DNA of 64,000 nt from assembly GCF_000372725.1 (NCBI RefSeq), contig NW_005201349.1, positions 260,723 to 324,722 on the forward strand. The letters are read 5' to 3'. The position numbers and the translations under genes are program-made. This DNA comes from Emiliania huxleyi CCMP1516. Its lineage: Eukaryota. Position 1 is the first letter of the stretch, and every line of letters begins with the position of its first letter. Below the pieces are notes generated by a model. It was not told where the DNA came from and did not search any database. It saw only the letters and a list, made by a program, of their open reading frames with translations. This document shows, piece after piece, positions 59,496-64,000 of the stretch.

Positions 59496-62400
59496 ATGGC
59501 CTCCGCCTGGCCAGTTCTGCTCCTGCTCACCGCCTCCGTCACCCTCGCTGGTGGAGGCGCGGCGCGGGCGGAGAGCGTCACCAGGCCCGCCGGCGTGCGG
59601 CTCGCCTTTATCGAGCTGCAGGCCGGCGGTCGCAGCACGCCGTCGTCGCCGCGGCGCAGGCTCATCTTTGCCGTCCCGCCGCTCTCGGGCCTGCAGGAGC
59701 CCCTCTTCGACCTGCTGCTGAGCCGCGCGCTGCTGGGCGCCTGCATCGACCGCTCCGTGCTCGGCCGCGCCGGTCTGGGCACCCGGCCGCTGCGGCGCGA
59801 GGTTGCCTTCCCGGCGGCCTCTGCGCTCGCGACGGCAGGGCCGGACGGTGGCAGCCAGACTGCCTCCGAGTGGTGGGCGCCTCGGCTGGCTGCGCCCGAG
59901 CCGCAGTGGGAGTCGCTGCGCCACGCGACCCTCGCGCGCGAGGCCGGCTCCCCCGTCGACGACGCGGGCAACGCCACGCAGCCTGCGATGATGCTGTTTT
60001 TCCACCTGCGCAGCGCCGAGGGCGGCCTGGCGGGCGCGTCCGTTGCGCACGCCAACCTGTCGGCGTCGGAGCTGGACGAGGCGCGGCCGGGCGTCGGCAT
60101 CGGCGCGCTGATCGCGGGCCACCGCGAGCTCGCCGACCTGCAGCACTCCCTGCTCAGCCGCCGCTCGACAAAGCCGTGCGGCGCGCACATCGCAGAGACG
60201 GGCGAGCTGATTGTGCCTGCCGATCCGGTGGACCCGAGCTCGAAGCCGCGCAGCTTCGCGTCGCTGCTGCCGTCGCGCGAGGAGCTGGAGGACGAGCCGC
60301 GGCTCGCCCTCCCGCTCGGCCGCCCCATCACCACCCACCACGTCTTTTCCCCGGCGAGCGCCGCGGACTGGAGAAAGGCGGCGCCCGACGCGCTGCACGC
60401 GCAGGCCGACTCGGACGTCTACCAGTTCCAAGTGGCGACGGCGGGCGTGCCGCGCGGGCAGAAGCTGCTGCTGGGCGTGCTCGCGCACGACAACGGCCAG
60501 CCCGCCCTCCTCCTTTCGTACACAACCGCCAAGGGCAGCTTTGAGGAGGCGCACTGGGCGCTGCCCGTCGAGTGCGGCTCTGACATTTGCTCCTACCAGA
60601 GACTCGTTGTGGAGGCGAGCGCGCGCGCACCGCGTTGCGGCGGAGCGCCGCCCCCGCCGCGCGCGCCCGACGACCGACCGCGCCCCGCGCCGCAGGAGAC
60701 GCACGCCGCGCCGCTGCTGCTGTCGCTGCGCTCCGTCTCGATGTCACACTCTTCGGACCGGCTCCGCTTCACCGTCCACTCGCAGCCGCTCGTCGTGACG
60801 CGCCTCAAGCCGGGCGAGCCAAGGCGGGTGACGGTCGAGGGCGGCGCGCCGCCGCGCACCGCCGCCACCGCCGCCGCTTCCGTCGAGCACATGCTCCCGA
60901 CGATGTACTTTTACTCCGTCCGGGTGCCGGCGCTGCACGAGCTGCTGCTGCGCGTCGAGGCGAGCCAGCCGGTGCTCCTCACCGCCTCGACCGAGGGGCT
61001 CGTCTCGCTGGTGAGCTCGAGCCCGCGCCTGCTCGCGGAGGGGTTCCCGGGCACGCCCGCCGAGCTGCTGATGCGCTCGACCGAGAGCGAGCACACGGTG
61101 CACGTCGGCATCACCCTTCTCTCGCCGCCGGACGGGTTTGAGATTTCGGCCGCGCTCGAGGAGGCGCCGGTGCCGCCGCCGCAGGACATCTCGGAGCTGG
61201 CGATGGAGCTGGAGGCGACGGGCGTCCTCGACGGGCTCACCTCTTCGGAGCGCGCCTCCATCATCCAGCAGGTGCACGCGGAAGAGGTCGCGCTCGGTCA
61301 CCTCTCTCTGCCGCAGCTCGCGCCGCAGCTGCGCGCCGAGATGCAGAGGGGCGAGAGGCTGCCGTCGCTGAGCTTCAGCAGGCATGAGGAGGACGGCGGC
61401 GGGCTGTTTGGCGTCAACTCGCTGCTGCTGCTCGCGATCGTGCTGCTCGTCGCCGGTTCGGTGTTGCTCGCGACCCTCCATTTCATGGTCAAGGTGGACA
61501 ACGAGGTTGCGGCGGCGACGGCGTCGTCCCTCTACCCTCAGTACGTCAAGCGAAAGGACGGCCGCTCCAGAGGGTCGCAAAAGGGCGGCGGGGTCGGAGG
61601 CGCTTCGGCCGGCAAGCACGCTGCGACGCTGCCGGCCGCGCTCTCGTCGCCCGTCGCGTCGGGGAAGGCCGAGCTGCGCAGGCGACGTGGCACCGAGCCC
61701 AACGGCAACGCGGCAAGGGCGGCCGCCGGCGCAGCTGCCGAGGCGGCGGCCGGGCAGCGGAAGGGTGGCAAACCGGCCAAGGACAAGGGCGGCGCTGCAC
61801 CCGCACCCGCACCCGCACCCGCACCCGCCGCCTCGACGGGCGCGGCCAGGCCGGACAAGGCGGGCACCAAGAAGGAGAAGGCTTCTCGAACCGCCCCGCC
61901 GGCGAGCGCCCCGCCGGCGCCCAAGGCGGACAAGGCGGCCTCCAAGGCGGAGGCGAGGCTACCCGCGGCGAGCCCAGTGGCCTCCGCGGCGGAGGGCTCC
62001 AACGCCGGCGTTGCGCCCAAGAGGCGCGGCGGCGGCGGCGGTGGTGGCGGCGGCGGCAGCTCCTCCAACATTCCCACGCCAGCCGTCAGCGAGGCGCCGG
62101 CAAACTCATGCCGCTCCGAGGTGTCGACCAGCGGCGGCCGCGGCGACAGCCGTCCCCTGTCCACCGACCGGGAGCGGGAGCGGAACCGGCGCGGGGCGGC
62201 CGCGGCGGCCGGCGGCAACGGCCAGCACGACGCGGGTGCGCGGCCGGCCGAGCTGGGCCCGCGAGTGTGGGTCGCTCCGCTGACGGCGGCGGCGCTCGAT
62301 CACGAGCGAGAGCTGCGCGCGTCCTTCTCGCAGTGGGGCGTCGTCAGCGCGGTCAAGGTCAAGGTGGAAGGCAGCCGCGCCTCGCCCGGCTACGGCTTTG

Positions 62401-63482
62401 TCTACTTCAAGGAGGAGGCGGCGGTGAGGGCGCTGCTCGCTCACATTGACGCGGGCGGCGACCCGCCCGCCTTTCTCGGCCGCTCGCTGCTCGTGCGGGA
62501 AGCCGTCTACAAGACGACGCCGCAGCCGAGTGATGCGCCCGCCTCCGGGCCGACCAAGCCGGACACTGCGAGCCCCGCCTCGTCGCGCGCCTCCGCTGAT
62601 CGGGCCGCCCCCGCCGCCGCTCCGGACGGCGCGGCGCGGCGCGGCGGCAGCAGCTGGAGCGATTGCGTGCGCAGCAGCGGCAGCTCCGCGCCCGCCCTCT
62701 CGTCGCTGCCTCGGCTGGCGGTGGGCGACGGGGTGGCCAACGGCGGGCCGACTGCCCACGCCGCCAACCCGTGGGAGGCGGGCGTCGCTGCGGGCGGCTT
62801 GCCGAGGCCGCACGGCTGCGCCGATCGGCTGCCTGGCGCGCTGCCAAGCGCTGTCCGCGCGACCCCGCTCGACGACCTGCTCGACCCGTTCGTCGCCACC
62901 GGCGGCGCCCAGCCGTCGTTCGACGAGCTGGGCTCGTCGATGCTGCGCGAGCTCCTCGACTCGCCTTCCCCGCCGCCTTTGCCGATGCAGCAGCCCGCGC
63001 CCCCGGCGAGGGTGCGCGCCTCTCCCCCCCTCCGCCCGACTGCGCGGCGCCCCCCTCGCGGGCCGTGCCAGCCCCGACCGCGCCCTCCCCCGGGCCGTGC
63101 GTCCCCTCTCACCCGTGCGTGCCTTGCCCACCCGCCTTGCCAGGTTCGCGCGGCGTCGTGGGGCGACAGCCCCGCCGCGTCGCCGTGGTCGCCGCCCGCG
63201 CCGTTCGTTGGGGGCGCCGCTGCTTTCGGCCACGCGGACCCGCTCGGCCACCCGCGCGGGCAGGACATGGCGACCGGGCTGCCTCCCCTGGGGGTACCAA
63301 GCCCCGCCGGCGCTTCGGGCACGTCTTGCTCGCCGTGGTGGCAGAGCGGAGGCAACCTTTCGTTGGGCGGGCTGCCGGCGCCCGCACTGGCCGACTGGGG
63401 CGGCTTCGGCCTCACCTCGGGCGGCGCCGTCGACGACGATAGCAAGCGGCGCGTGGGCCTCGGTGCAACCGGCTCTGCCTGA
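59496..63482 (+). CDS. Large single-pass membrane protein with signal peptide and cytosolic RRM domain
   Basis: 1328-aa ORF; signal MASAWPVLLLLTASVTLAG; TM LLLLAIVLLVAGSVLLATLHFMV; RRM RVWVAPL..ELRASFSQWGVVSAVKV..GYGFVYFKEEAAV..FLGRSLLVREA. Confidence 0.8.
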   Translation: MASAWPVLLLLTASVTLAGGGAARAESVTRPAGVRLAFIELQAGGRSTPSSPRRRLIFAVPPLSGLQEPLFDLLLSRALLGACIDRSVLGRAGLGTRPLRREVAFPAASALATAGPDGGSQTASEWWAPRLAAPEPQWESLRHATLAREAGSPVDDAGNATQPAMMLFFHLRSAEGGLAGASVAHANLSASELDEARPGVGIGALIAGHRELADLQHSLLSRRSTKPCGAHIAETGELIVPADPVDPSSKPRSFASLLPSREELEDEPRLALPLGRPITTHHVFSPASAADWRKAAPDALHAQADSDVYQFQVATAGVPRGQKLLLGVLAHDNGQPALLLSYTTAKGSFEEAHWALPVECGSDICSYQRLVVEASARAPRCGGAPPPPRAPDDRPRPAPQETHAAPLLLSLRSVSMSHSSDRLRFTVHSQPLVVTRLKPGEPRRVTVEGGAPPRTAATAAASVEHMLPTMYFYSVRVPALHELLLRVEASQPVLLTASTEGLVSLVSSSPRLLAEGFPGTPAELLMRSTESEHTVHVGITLLSPPDGFEISAALEEAPVPPPQDISELAMELEATGVLDGLTSSERASIIQQVHAEEVALGHLSLPQLAPQLRAEMQRGERLPSLSFSRHEEDGGGLFGVNSLLLLAIVLLVAGSVLLATLHFMVKVDNEVAAATASSLYPQYVKRKDGRSRGSQKGGGVGGASAGKHAATLPAALSSPVASGKAELRRRRGTEPNGNAARAAAGAAAEAAAGQRKGGKPAKDKGGAAPAPAPAPAPAASTGAARPDKAGTKKEKASRTAPPASAPPAPKADKAASKAEARLPAASPVASAAEGSNAGVAPKRRGGGGGGGGGGSSSNIPTPAVSEAPANSCRSEVSTSGGRGDSRPLSTDRERERNRRGAAAAAGGNGQHDAGARPAELGPRVWVAPLTAAALDHERELRASFSQWGVVSAVKVKVEGSRASPGYGFVYFKEEAAVRALLAHIDAGGDPPAFLGRSLLVREAVYKTTPQPSDAPASGPTKPDTASPASSRASADRAAPAAAPDGAARRGGSSWSDCVRSSGSSAPALSSLPRLAVGDGVANGGPTAHAANPWEAGVAAGGLPRPHGCADRLPGALPSAVRATPLDDLLDPFVATGGAQPSFDELGSSMLRELLDSPSPPPLPMQQPAPPARVRASPPLRPTARRPPRGPCQPRPRPPPGRASPLTRACLAHPPCQVRAASWGDSPAASPWSPPAPFVGGAAAFGHADPLGHPRGQDMATGLPPLGVPSPAGASGTSCSPWWQSGGNLSLGGLPAPALADWGGFGLTSGGAVDDDSKRRVGLGATGSA

Positions 63483-64000
63483 GTTTGACGAGCGGCGCCG
63501 GCGGCGCGGGAGCATCCTTCGGTGCATAACTGCCACGCCACTTCCCTTCCCGGTTGGCCCGCCGCGAAGATGCAGTCCGTCTGTCTTCAAGACGGATGCC
63601 GCTCCTCCCAGCGATTTGCCGCGCGCTCCTGCCTTTTCAGAGTTTTTCCCCTACGGCCTGCGCTACCGTGTCGCGACTCCACGTTAGCGCTGGAGCTTTC
63701 TTTCCTCATTTGGGACACACACACATCTCGCCGCCCCCGAACGCCGAAGCCCGCGCGCCCGCCCCCCCGCCGCGCGGGCGCGCGGCGGGCGCGGCCGCCG
63801 CGGGCGCCCGCCGCGCCGGCCGCGCCCGAGTGCCGAGTCCCGAGACGGAAAAGAAGTGCCGCGCACACACACACACATCGAAAAGTCGAGGAAAGAGAAC
63901 CTTGGATTTACAGTAGTCGTTTGAAACGGAGACAAAAAACAACAGAGAGCGCATCACTGAGGCCCCTGTGGGGGGTGCTAGGGCGGGCTCAGTCCACATC

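Noticed and set aside
1..64000. rRNA, tRNA, hammerhead ribozyme, transposase or reverse transcriptase genes
   Set aside because: No diagnostic motifs found by eye; covariance-model and HMM searches would be needed to exclude them

Overview
Very GC-rich, intron-containing eukaryotic genomic DNA with four N gaps. GC-AG introns, 10-11 bp tandem repeats inside introns, TTAGGG telomere repeats and plastid-type targeting peptides suggest a haptophyte alga of the Emiliania/Gephyrocapsa huxleyi type (inference, not a database match). About 20 protein-coding genes or fragments are recognisable by motif: flavodoxin-fold quinone reductase, proline-rich secreted protein, DUF3110, J-domain protein, R-S-E ADP-ribosyltransferase, three sulfotransferase-like sequences, NSF-like AAA ATPase, RING, ankyrin, aquaporin, helical-repeat/METTL21-like methyltransferase fusion, CXXC and MYND zinc fingers, RCC1 fragment, PTC7-type PP2C, Tudor-CK1-like kinase, GT8, BET bromodomain protein, Schlafen(AlbA_2)-ankyrin protein, and a single-pass membrane protein with a cytosolic RRM. 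Intergenic DNA holds two large foldback elements, several short dispersed repeat families and an interstitial telomeric block. The most unusual locus is the divergent pair at 56.3-63.5 kb: a Schlafen RNase-fold protein with UAP56-binding-like motifs and ankyrins, head-to-head with a receptor-like RRM protein. No rRNA, tRNA or CRISPR array was recognised. Exon boundaries were read by eye and are approximate unless stated.
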